Shown here piece by piece: positions 48,112 through 58,719 of a stretch of 64,000 nt of DNA. Each line of letters begins with the position of its first letter. Within the stretch, counting starts at the first letter, position 1. Under the pieces are notes generated by a model. It ran no database searches. It had not been told where the DNA came from and saw only the letters and a program-made list of their open reading frames with translations. Source of the DNA: an uncultured Planctomycetaceae bacterium (GTDB taxonomy: Bacteria > Planctomycetota > Planctomycetia > Pirellulales > PALSA-1355); the NCBI GenBank assembly GCA_963785305.1, contig CAWAUV010000009.1, forward strand, positions 352,001 through 416,000, in the 5' to 3' direction. The translations under genes were made by a program, and so were the position numbers.

Positions 48112-51100
48112 ATGTCGCCGGCGTCGCTCGAGGCCGAGCCGGTGGGCGTCGATCTCACGTTGGCCGGGCTCGACCATATCACGGGCGAAACATCCGGCGC
48201 GATGCTTCCGGTCGACGCGGGTTACGACCAAGGCTTCGTCGACGCCAGCGGCGACCCGGTGGCCGACAATTCGCCCGACGCGCCCGCGAATCTCCAGAAT
48301 ATCGTGCGCCGGAGTTGATCGACGCGGTGATGCAGTTCTACGGCATCGGCAATGAAACGGCCGACTGGACACTCGACTATCCCGACGAGCTGCGCGTGTA
48401 TAATAGCTCCGGCGACTACCTTGCCCCCGGCACGCAAATGCAAGTCGACGACGAGAACCAGGTTCCGCTGATCGTGCAAGTCGTGCAGCCGATCTCCGAG
48501 TCGCAGGTCGATATCACCGCCACCGCCACGGTCGACGACCCGGCGGAGACCGAGGTCTCGGACCAGGCGCCGGTGGCGTCGGCGCAAATTGGTCTTACCA
48601 TGGGAGGGGTCACGCCCGCCCCGGACCAGCGCGTCGGTGAGGTGATTCAACTGAATGACAATTACGATTCCTATCTATCCGGAAATGGCGCCCGCGTGCC
48701 CGACCTCGCCCAGGCTTACCCGCAATTAACGGACCCGCAGTTGGCGCCCGCCACGGTGACAATCACGGGCGCCGCCGGGACGGTCGGCGATTGGTCGATC
48801 GAACAGAGCGGTTCCTACGCCGGCGAAGTGAAGATTTTCGAGGTCACCGGGAATCCCGCAGCCACTTTATTTTCTAGGCTTCGGCGAGGCGGCTCAAAGT
48901 ACTCAGCCGCTTTTGGTGAAGATTCCGGCGTCGGGAACGATATCGATTTCACTGCTTGTCGAAGGCACTCAGACCGGCCAGAATCCCATCAGCCTCACCC
49001 CGGAATTCGAACCACTGCATGGTCCCATCGCGCATGGAGGTTTCACGGACTTGACGGTCGCGACGGTGGGCCTATCGATCAATGGCCTCAGCACGTTGGA
49101 TTCGCAACAAACCGGCGCGTTTCTCGAACAAGATGCCGCTTTCACGAAGACCCCTCCGAATCAGTCCGGCGCGGAGCCGAACTACATGCAACCGAATGTG
49201 TTCGACACCACGGGTTGGAGCCAGGACCTGACGGCCGCGACGTTCAGCGTGTCGAATCTGAATCCCTATGGCTCGCAGGACCCGCTCGGCACGGCGACAT
49301 TTGCTTTCTCATCGTCGCAAATCAGCGTTTGGAACGTGACGAATTGGAACTCCGCGAGCGGGCCTCCTCCGCAAATCGAACCGGGCGAGCAGATATCGGT
49401 TCCCGCCAACGGCGTCGTGAATCTGCTGATCGAGGGCATCGGTCGCTCGACCATGCTGCGCGATGGCTTGATTACAGGAAACTTCACGCCAGCGACCATG
49501 CCGGCGGCGGGCCCGCTGACGAGTGGAAGCGTGTTCACGGTGGTCGATGTCAACGAGGGCGTCGACGGCGATCGCAACGGAACGATCAATTACGCGAGCC
49601 CGAGCGACCAATCGCAGGTGTTTTGGTACAATAGTCCCCAGGGCGTGCTCGAAAACTATGCCCCGATCAACCTGTTCGTCGATCAGATGCTGACCAATTC
49701 CGCCAACGCCCAGAACTCGACCGTCAAAGTGACTTACGCGCTCGAAGGCACGAATGGACTGAGTATCGCGTTAAACAATCGCGTATCCGGCGTCAACGGA
49801 CAGAACAACGTCGAAGCGTACTTGCAGGATCCAAGTACCTACTCGCAGGAATTGTACCAAGTCACGGGCAACTATTATGACGCTGAGCGAGCAGGCATTA
49901 CAATAACGAAGCAGTCGCAGATGGCGACATACCGGCTTGGATCGCTTCCGTCCTCCGCGTTTCCGCCCGTGTCAATCATGGCGATCAACAGCGACAACCT
50001 AGGCGACTATCAGTTCGTCTATACCGTTTTCGGAATCACGGCCTCCAGCTACACATTGACGTTCGCCGTGAATGTGACAGTGGGCTCGACGACATTCCAT
50101 CTAACCAAGCAAATCACGCTCAAGATGTATCCGATCTCGAGCTTTTACGACACCTTCGCCGCCGCCGACAGCAACGGCAACCCCGTCTCGTGGCCGACTT
50201 CGGATAATTTACATTCGCCTTATCCCAACGTCGCCCTGGTGAGTGCTTCCGCGGTCGCAAGCCTGCCTGGCTTCGATTCCTCGCAGTACGTGCTGTTCGT
50301 GCATGGCATCAACAGCAACGGCCAAAGTAATGCACAGATCGCCTATATGCGTCTATATTGGCAAGGCTACACCGGGCGGATGGGAACATTCGATTATCCC
50401 ACCGATCCGGCGTTGATACCCGTGAGCGTGAACGGCGCGTTGGTATATAAATCGCCAACCTTCAATGTGCAAACCTACGACGCGCTGAATTCCGCTCAAG
50501 CCCTCGAGACGCTGCTGATCGATCTGCAGAATGGCACTTTCGCCGGCATCGGCATCGGCGAAGCCTTTTCCGGGCATGTGAATGTCATTGCCCATAGCCA
50601 AGGAAACCTTGTCGTGGTCGAGGCGCTGCGGCTCTGGCGAGCCGGCGGCAACGGTGGCAAGCTCATTGGCGCGTATTATTCGATCGACGCCGCCTACTCG
50701 GCCGACACCTTCGGGCAAGGACAGCTACCTTACTCGAAATACAATTGGCAAAACCTCTACGATCACTGGGGTGACGGCAGTCCCGATTCGTCGTCGTATT
50801 TCGACAAGGCATTGATAGTCGATACGACAGGATACTCTCTTAATCTATTCAATCCAGACGATTACGCGCTAGTAAAAGCATACTACTACAATAACAAGTA
50901 TAAAAAAGGCCCGTGGAACCAGGCGGGAGCCGTAAGTTTGTACCCATTGCATTCGAGTTGGCCTTACATTTACGTGTATGCCTACAACGGAACTTACATT
51001 CGGCGCAATTGGACAACGACGGATTCACCAATGTTCCCGATCGTGCCGGCAGGCATTTCGGTAACATTGAGCCCAAACTCGGATGGATACGAAATATTTT

Positions 51101-51277
51101 CGTTCATCGCGCAGAGCCAAGGATCGGCCGTCGGTCAGAAAGCGATGCCCGGAGTGTTCAGCGGACAATTCGACCTACAAACATTCTGGCGCAACAGACA
51201 ATCACGATTATCCATTGGAAGGGTCGATCGCGGCGACATTCGAGATTTGGAAGACGATTTATTCGCGGCTCCAATAG
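48112..51277 (+). pseudogene. Orphan alternative C-terminal cassette 2 (pre-toxin repeats + alpha/beta-hydrolase; frameshifts near 48304, 48880, 51188)
   Basis: 48119-48584 is a near-identical copy of 42150-42616, followed by a diverged parallel architecture: DGDRNGTIN, FVHG, RLYWQGYTGR, AHSQG (50590-50604), NLFNPDDYAL, NHDY. No export signal. Confidence 0.8.
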
Positions 51278-51339
51278 CCGAACAGCGACCGCCGGTCATG
51301 GAGCCGCGATTCTGGGATATGAAGTGCGGGGATGATAAA

Positions 51340-52656
51340 ATGCTGTGTATTTTAGGCAAGGCGCGGGCGCTATTTCTTGCCCTTTCGCTGGAATTGAAAA
51401 TAGTCTCGGTCGTTGCGCTCGCCGGAGTTGTCGCTTGGCTCATTCTGTCCGGCCCCCCCGATGAGCGAGTCCGATGCCGTGAGCACGCTGGAAACTTTTC
51501 CGGGAAGCCGCGTGACGAAAGACGCTGACGGCACGCACGTTTATTTGGACTACGGCATTCGTAATTGGGGGTTAACTGGTCTCTTGCACGGGATTCCGAG
51601 CATAAGCCGGATGATCCATGCGCTTAATTCGCTTGAACACTTGAAAACACTTGACGGCAGCCTTGCGATGAACGACTCCGATTTCGCATCGTTCACGAAT
51701 GATCGCGAATTGACGCGTTTTTGGATCCGTACGAGCCTTAGCGACAAAAGTGCGCCAAAGATTGCCGCAATGCCCCGTCTGGAGGAGTTCGGCAGTGATA
51801 ACTATAGATCGGTTTCAGACCGTACGCTCGAAGCGCTCGGAGCCGCGAAGAACCTCCGATCTCTGCGAATCGTATGGAAAAATCCGGAAAATACTTCGCA
51901 ACTGGCGCTGGACGCAATTAGATCATTGCCCAAGCTCGAGCTTCTCGACATCAGTCAACAAGATGCTCTTACCGATGATGTTATCCGGGGACTGATGCCA
52001 TTGCATTCACTGCGTGAGCTTAACATCGTACAAACATCGCACGGGTTCGATTCTCGTTTGAATCGCCGATTTGGGCTGAGCGACAAAAGTCTTGAGTATA
52101 TCAGTGAATGTCCGCAGCTCGAAATCCTCGACATTGGCGAAAATGAAGGGTTCACGGACGCGGGCATGGCCGCGATATCGAAGATATCGCGATTGCGGTC
52201 GCTGATCGTGCGCACCACGAAAATCGGCGACGTAGGTATAAAGCACATCGTACAATGTCGTTCTCTCGAAGTGCTTAATCTAGAGTACACGAAGATTACT
52301 GACGAAGGCGTACGCATGCTCGAGCAACTGCCGCGCTTAACGTCTCTTAATCTTTGCAAAGAAGATCGAATTACGTCGGAGTCGATTCAATTCATCTCAA
52401 CCATAAGCACGCTGGAAAAGCTCAATTTCGTTGCGAATCGTATCGATGATGGCGGACTGCGCCAGTTGTGCGAACTTCCGAATCTTCGCGAACTATCGAT
52501 CTCTTCATACCGGGCGTCGGCCGAAGCGCAGAATGAAGTACGCGGGCGCATCCCAATTTGAAATTGTTGATTGGTCGTGGATGCGGCATCCGTTACCCCC
52601 CGGGCTGGAACGGAATGCGAGACCGCGATATCTATGGCAACAAACCATTCGATTAG
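51340..52656 (+). CDS. Leucine-rich-repeat protein 3, TM-anchored; immunity candidate (frameshifts near 51455 and 52545)
   Basis: IVSVVALAGVVAWLIL TM helix; LRR repeats; corrected end HPNLKLL...PPGWNGMRDRDIYGNKPFD* parallels LRR4. Confidence 0.8.
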
Positions 52657-52662
52657 CAAACA

Positions 52663-53702
52663 CTTCCGCAGTCGCCAGCCTGCCGGGTTTTGACTCACCG
52701 CAGTATGTGTTATTCGTCCATGGCATCGACAGCGATGGTCAAAGTAATGCACAGATCGCCTATATGCGTCTATATTGGCAAGGCTACACCGGGCGGATGG
52801 GAACATTCGATTATCCCACCGATCCGGCGTTGATACCCGTGAGCGTGAACGGCGCGTTGGTATATAAATCGCCAACCTTCAATGTGCAAACCAACGACGC
52901 GCTGAATTCCGCGCAAGCCTTGGAGACGCTGCTGATCGACTTGCAGAACGGGACATTCGCCGGCATCGGCATCGGCGAAGCCTTTTCCGGACACGTGAAC
53001 GTCATTGCCCATAGCCAAGGAAACCTTGTCGTGGTCGAGGCCCTGCGACTCTGGCAAGCCGCCGGAAACGGCGGAAAACTCATTGGCGCGTATTATTCGA
53101 TCGACGCCGCCTACTCGGCCGACACCTTCGGGCAAGGACAGCTACCTTACTCGAAATACAATTGGCAAAACCTCTACGATCACTGGGGTGACGGCAGTCC
53201 CGATTCGTCGTCGTATTTCGACAAGGCATTGATAATCGATACGACAGGATACTCTCTTAATCTATTCAATCCGGACGATTACGCACTAGTAAAAGCATAC
53301 TACTACAATAACAAGTACAAAAAAGGCCCGTGGAACCAGGCGGGAGCCGTAAGTTTGTACCCATTGCACTCGAGTTGGCCTTATATTTACGTCTACGGCA
53401 ACAACGGAACTTACATTCGGCGTAATTGGACGACGACGGATTCACCGATGTTCCCGATCGTGCCGACCGGCATATCGGTAACATTGAGCCCAACCACGGA
53501 TGGATACGAAATATTTTCGTTCATTGCGCAAAGCCAAGGACCAGCAATCGGGCAACAAGATATGGGCAACGTTATTTTCAGTAATAATATCGATTTACAA
53601 AAAGACTATGGCGCGACGAAGTGGAATCATGACTATCCGCTGGAAGGCACCATTGCCGCGACGTTCGGGATATGGAAAACGATTTATTCGAAGCTGCAAT
53701 AG
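52663..53702 (+). pseudogene. Orphan cassette 3: start-less alpha/beta-hydrolase domain
   Basis: 52663-53540 is a near-identical copy of 50246-51123 (offset 2417). AHSQG at 53007-53021; ends NHDYPLEGTIAATFGIWKTIYSKLQ*; begins 6 bp after the LRR3 stop. Confidence 0.8.
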
Positions 53703-53754
53703 CATGACGGCGGGTGTTGATAGGGATATCGACTTTTGAAAAACGAGGGCATCG

Positions 53755-55063
53755 ATGTTGCGATACAAGCGCAAGGCGAGGGAAATGTTTTTGCGCCTTT
53801 CATTGGAGCAAAAAACGATTTTGGTCGTGGCGCTCGTCGGAGTCGTGGCTTGGCTCGTCTGGCCGGCGAAATCCCCGATGAGTCATGCCGAGGCCATGCG
53901 CACGTTGGAAACGTTTCCGGGAAGCCATGTGACGAAAGACGACGACGGCACGCACGTTCAGTTGATCCATGGTATTCGGAATTGGGGGTTAACTGGTGTC
54001 TTGCATGGGATTCCGAGCATGAGCCGGATGATCCATGCGCTCAATTCGCTCGAACATTCTGAAGACACTCGACGGCCACTTTGCGATGAACGACTCCGAT
54101 TTCAAGTCGTTCACGAATGATCGCGAGTTGACGCGTTATTGGATACACGGCGATTTGACCGACGCGAGCACGCCGAAGCTTGCGTCGATACCGTGCCTCG
54201 AGGAACTACGAATAGACAATCACGAGCTCAATTCGGAGAAAACGCTTCTATCGCTCGGGGCGGCCATGAAACTGCGTTCTTTATGGATCGCTTGGAAAAA
54301 CCCCGGCAAGACCTCTCAAGATGCGCTGGACGCGATTAAATCACTGCCCAAGCTCGAGCTTCTAGACATCAGTCAACAGCATACGATAACCGATGACGTT
54401 ATCCGGCGACTGATGCCATTACATGCGTTACGCGAGCTGAATATTAATCATACTTCCAACGGTTTTGTACGCGGAGAGGGGTTGTACGACACCGCTCTCG
54501 AATACATTGGCGACTGTCCGAATTTAGAAGTTTTGGACATTAGCGGATGCGAGGGTTTTACCGGCAAGGGAATGGCGGCGCTTTCCAAGGTTCCTCGATT
54601 GCGATCGCTAATCGCGCGCACCACGAAAATCGGCGATGAAGGCATAAGACACATCGTACAATGCCGCTCCCTCGAAGTACTCGACCTCGACTATGCAAAT
54701 ATTACCGACGAAGGATTGAAGGAGCTTCAAAAACTTCCGAAGCTAAAGTATCTCCGGATCGATGAGCGACAACCGCTTACTCCGCGGTCGATCGAGCTTC
54801 TTTGCTCGATCACATCTCTCGTAAAACTCGATATCGTTGGATACAGGATCGACGACGCTGCTGTTGTTCGATTAAGCAATCTGCCTCATCTTCGTGAATT
54901 GTATATAGGTCGTAATTATATTAGCAATGATACAGAACGACAAGTATGCGCAGCTCACCCGAACTTGAAACTATCAACACGAGATATATTGTCGTTGCAC
55001 TACCCTCCCGGCTGGACCGGAATGCGAGAGCCCGATAGCTACGGCAACAAACCCACCGATTAG
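53755..55063 (+). CDS. Leucine-rich-repeat protein 4, TM-anchored; immunity candidate (frameshift near 54058)
   Basis: GAGGG ribosome-binding site; ILVVALVGVVAWLVW TM helix; paralog of LRR3. Confidence 0.8.
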
Positions 55064-55374
55064 CAACCGCGACCGATGTTCCCGCTGTCTTGGTTCACCG
55101 TGAACTGGAATTGGCGGTGCCGGGGATTAGCGAGTTGTGAAGGGCGTCCTGCCGGGGATTTCGCGGCATCGTGCCGCGAAGGTTTATCGCATTGGCGCCA
55201 ATCCCGAATATCGGGCCGGCGCTCCCGGAACGTCGAGCGGAGCGAGACGGCGATGGCCGGAGCCAGTCGCCGTCCGCCCTTCGGTCTTGGCCGCTGGGTC
55301 TGCGCTCGGGTTGCCCCTCGGCAGAGCCCTATCCTCCGCCCAGTTCAATCATCAATTTAGCGCCGCCGATCGTT

Positions 55375-56390
55375 TCAGGCAACCTTGGGCGCGGCGTTGG
55401 CGGCGGCACGCGCCGCGCGTCGTCGCTCGCGGGCCGCTTCCAGCTTCGCGTCACGCTCGTCGAATATCCGCTGCTCGATACCGTTCAACTTGTCGCTCGG
55501 CGTGACGTAGCCGATCGTGCTGTGCAAGCGCTCGTGGTTGTAGTGCTCCACGAACTTCGTGATCCGGCTTCGCGCGTCCTCGACATCCGCGGGACAAGCC
55601 GGACGAATGCACTCGACCTTGAGGCTCTTGTGCCAGCGCTCCAACTTGCCGTTGCTTTGCGGATAAAACGGACTCGTTCGCACATGCGTCATGCCGGCCA
55701 GGCGAATGAACTCCTTGAAATCGCGGGCGATGAACTGCGGGCCGTTGTCGCTGATGATCCGCGGCTTTTCGTCCGGAAACTTTTCTCGCGCGCGTTGAAT
55801 CACCGTTTCCACTTCGAACTCCTTCATGCTCTCGCGCAGCTCCCAATGCACGATGTAGCGGCTGTAGCCGTCCAGAATCGTGCGGAGAAAGTAAAACGTG
55901 CCGGCCAGATTGATGTACGAAATATCGACATGCCAGTGGTCGTGCGGCCGCGGCGGCTGCACGAAACCGGTTCCTTTCTTGGACGGCGAGAACTTGCGTT
56001 GGTCGAGCCGTCCGCCTTGTTTCAATACCCGATACACGCTGCTGGGACTGACCGCCACCACGTCGAGAGTCGAGCATCATGAACGCCAAGCGGCGGTAGC
56101 CGTTCAGCGGATGGCTGTCGTGGTAGGCGAGGATGGCTTGCTTCTCCCAGTCCTCGAGTTCTCGATTCCCCGGGCCACCAGTCGCGCGGGACCTTGCCGT
56201 TGTGCTCGTTGGCCTTGCCGTAGCGGTCCTTCCACTGGTGGAACTTGCTCGGCGCCAATTCCAGCCAGCCCAGCAGCCGCTGGGCCGGCAGCTCGGCACG
56301 CTCGGTCCAACGCCCGATGTAATCGACGATGGCGTCGCGCGTGTCGTGGGGAACCCAAACTCCCTTCAGAGTTCCCCAAGCTCTTTTTTT
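55375..56390 (-). pseudogene. IS3 OrfB DDE transposase/integrase core, disrupted
   Basis: WHVDISY, ISDNGPQF, PQSNGKLERWH, YNHERLHS. An apparent 16-nt insertion near 56160-56175 and an extra base near 56067 break the frame. Confidence 0.85.
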
Positions 56391-56692
56391 GCGCGGACAT
56401 TCTCCTCCATCAGTTCGGCGATGACTTCGTTCTTGGTGACCAGCTTCGATTCGAGCTGGGCGATCTTCTGGTCCTTGGCCGCTTCCAGCCGCGGCGGCCG
56501 CCCGCCCGCCCACCGCCCGACCGCCTTCTCGGCCTGATCGAGCACCTGCTTGACCCAGAGATGGATCAGGCTGGGCTGAACCTTGAATTCATCGGCCAAA
56601 TCCGACACCGGCGTTTTGCCGCTCAAATGCCGCCGCACGACCTGGGCCTTCTGCTCGGCGGAAAAATGCCGCCGTGTTCGCAATTCGCTCAT
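56366..56692 (-). CDS. IS3 OrfA (HTH) transposase subunit
   Basis: RRHFSAEQKAQVVRRHL...VSDLADEF...W; GGAGG ribosome-binding site; C-terminal coiled coil. Confidence 0.9.
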   Translation of the reverse strand: MSELRTRRHFSAEQKAQVVRRHLSGKTPVSDLADEFKVQPSLIHLWVKQVLDQAEKAVGRWAGGRPPRLEAAKDQKIAQLESKLVTKNEVIAELMEENVRAKKELGEL

Positions 56693-56763
56693 GGAAACGT
56701 CCTCCCTCGGGATTTATGCTAATCCCAACGGCCAAACTTTCCAGTTCCGGGAGGGGCAGGACA

Positions 56764-57202
56764 CTGGGTAAGCTGAGGGACATTTTCCATGATGACGACA
56801 TCAGGGCGAGTTTCGCATGCGAATTTAGTGAACGAGCGAAGCAGCCCCCAGTCTTGTGTTTTCGCGACGACGATGCTGCCGCGAATAAGTCGAAAATGGC
56901 TGGCACGGTGCGCATCCGACCAGAACGCGGTAGTTGGTCGCGTCGTAAAGATTCGCGATTTCGTTTGAGCTAGCGATCGCCAGATCGCGATGAAAGAAAC
57001 GGGAGCCTGGATTATTGAACTCAAACGGGTAAAGACATTCCGCGTCGAAATCAAAGCCTGCAATGACTTTAATGCCGGCTTTTCGGAGGCCAAACGTCAA
57101 GCCACCGGCCCCGCAGAATAAGTCAATCGCCTGGATAGACTTATGTCGGCTGCCCGTGTGCCGTCGATTCTTTGCGAGCATTGGAAGTTGAGGCTTTTGC
57201 AT
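56764..57202 (-). pseudogene. C5 DNA cytosine methyltransferase, truncated by IS3
   Basis: Motif I IDLFCGAGG, motif IV GCAPCQPFS and, after a frameshift, motif VI MENVP, which runs directly into the IS end. Confidence 0.88.
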
Positions 57203-57364
57203 TGATGCTATGCATCCTGTGGCCTTCCTGAAAACGAACCTTTTCAAGGCCGACAAGTCTTCTTGCACATGGGCTATCTTCGGCATCTATTCAAACGCCT
57301 CTTTCCGAAAATCTCGGAGAGCGGTCCGCGTCTTAGTGACGTAGCGGCCTTAAAAGCCGCATTG

Positions 57365-57489
57365 GTTTCTGCTGGCAGACCCTGATGCCGGGCACCCGCG
57401 GAAAGCAACGTCCGACTGCGGCTATGATGGCCAAGCTGGCCGGGCACGTTTGGAGCATCAATGAGCTTTTCGGGGCCGTACGAGCCTGA
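57365..57489 (+). mobile_element. C-terminal remnant of an IS1-family-like transposase
   Basis: FCWQT...RPTAAMMAKLAGHVWSINELF* resembles the TPAMAAGL..HVWS..EL tail of IS1-like transposases. Confidence 0.5.
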
Positions 57490-57521
57490 CCACCCCAATA
57501 ACAATTCACCACCGGCTTGTC

Positions 57522-58142
57522 TTACAAGTCGCCTCCGTGGCCGACCAGTCCGCCCAGGTGATCGGTCTGGTTAAGTGTTTGCAGTTTGACTTCCGTGTCC
57601 CAGGCCAAGCGGCTGATGGCGCCGTTGTAGAGCGCAAAGGGGTTTCGCTCGGCGGGCACCCCGAGCAATTGCTTCAGCGCCGCGGCGAGCGAACCGCCAT
57701 GCGCCACGACGATCGCCCGCTTGTGCCCGGCCGCGCGCACCGCCGAAAGCGCGGCGCCCGCGCGCAGCATCAGGCCGCGCCGCGACTCGCCTTGGGGAAT
57801 CGTGAAGTCGGGATCATGCGAACGCCAAGCCGCGGCCGCCTGGGGATAGCGCTCCTCGATCTCGATCCAGGTGAGACCCTGGAACACGCCGGCGTTGATT
57901 TCCATCAACCGCGGGTCGACGCGCACTTCCAAATGCAAGCTTTCGGCAATGCACTTCGCCGTGTCCAGCGCTCGCCGCAACGGGCTGGAATACACGGCGT
58001 CGATCGGAAGTCCGGCAAAGCTTTGGGCCACGGCCCGGCATTGCTTCCAGCCGATCTCCGAGAGCGGGCTTTCGGTTTGCCCTTGAATCTGGCCGGCCGC
58101 GTTGGCCACTGTCTCGCCATGTCGAACACAGTACAAGAGCAT
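57522..58142 (-). CDS. Histidine phosphatase (phosphoglycerate mutase-like) family protein
   Basis: VRHGET, SSPLRRA..TA, L.E.N.G, PQGES, VAHGG. Confidence 0.92.
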   Translation of the reverse strand: MLLYCVRHGETVANAAGQIQGQTESPLSEIGWKQCRAVAQSFAGLPIDAVYSSPLRRALDTAKCIAESLHLEVRVDPRLMEINAGVFQGLTWIEIEERYPQAAAAWRSHDPDFTIPQGESRRGLMLRAGAALSAVRAAGHKRAIVVAHGGSLAAALKQLLGVPAERNPFALYNGAISRLAWDTEVKLQTLNQTDHLGGLVGHGGDL

Positions 58143-58161
58143 GGGCGGCCGGTTCCGACGC

Positions 58162-58326
58162 TCACTTCTTCTTTTCGTTGTGTAGCGTGTGGCGACGCAA
58201 GCGCGGGGAATACTTGCTGAGCTTCAGTTTTTCACCGCCCGGCTTGCGACGGATCGTGTAGTTGTGATCGCCCGTCTCCTCGCACACGAGAAACACGGTT
58301 TCGACTTTCTTCTTACTCTTGGCCAT
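58162..58326 (-). CDS. rpmG: 50S ribosomal protein L33
   Basis: MAKSKKKVETVFLVCEETGDHNYTIRRKPGGEKLKLSKYSPRLRRHTLHNEKKK; GAGGAG ribosome-binding site. Confidence 0.93.
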   Translation of the reverse strand: MAKSKKKVETVFLVCEETGDHNYTIRRKPGGEKLKLSKYSPRLRRHTLHNEKKK

Positions 58327-58719
58327 CGCGAAAATACTCCTCGAAAGCAAACAATCCGCGGCCGGCCGGTTGTTGTAAGACGGCCAAACCGCGGCGGGCC
58401 TGGGGCACGAGCGGAAACGCAAAATTCTAACCGACCCGGGGGCATCATCGCCAGAGGGTCGCGGAGCGCGCGAACCGCTATTTTTGGGAAATCTCGCACG
58501 TTCCGGCGGATTATGGGCGCGAAACAATCCGTTCAACAGCCGGGCGGCGATGGCGAAACGATCGCCCATGCAATAAGCTAGAATTAATAGAACCTGCCTA
58601 AACTGCCCAGCCTCAAGGCATGCCCCGCGGGCGACGTCGGCGGGCTCCAACGTATTCCATCGAAACTTCGGGTCGCTAACCGCAGCCACGGCGATGGCGC
58701 CGTTCCCCGGGAAGGGCTT

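Larger units (their letters stand above)
55086..56763 (-). mobile_element. IS3-family insertion sequence
   Basis: Imperfect terminal inverted repeats TGTCTTGGTTCACCGTGAACTGGAA (55086) and TGTCCTGCCCCTCCCGGAACTGGAA (from 56763, minus strand); orfA/orfB organisation; AAAAAAAG slippery site at 56383-56390. Confidence 0.92.

Noticed and set aside
52431..52662. N-terminal part of the 423-aa hydrolase ORF
   Set aside because: It overlaps the LRR3 coding end; homology to cassette 2 begins only at 52663.
41836..53540. Diversity-generating retroelement (template/variable repeat pairs)
   Set aside because: No reverse transcriptase in the window, and the differences inspected between copies are mostly third-position changes of mixed type, not adenine-specific.
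46523..53540. Repeats as pure assembly duplication
   Set aside because: The copies carry synonymous and block substitutions and flank different LRR genes, which fits real divergence; read-level confirmation is still advisable.
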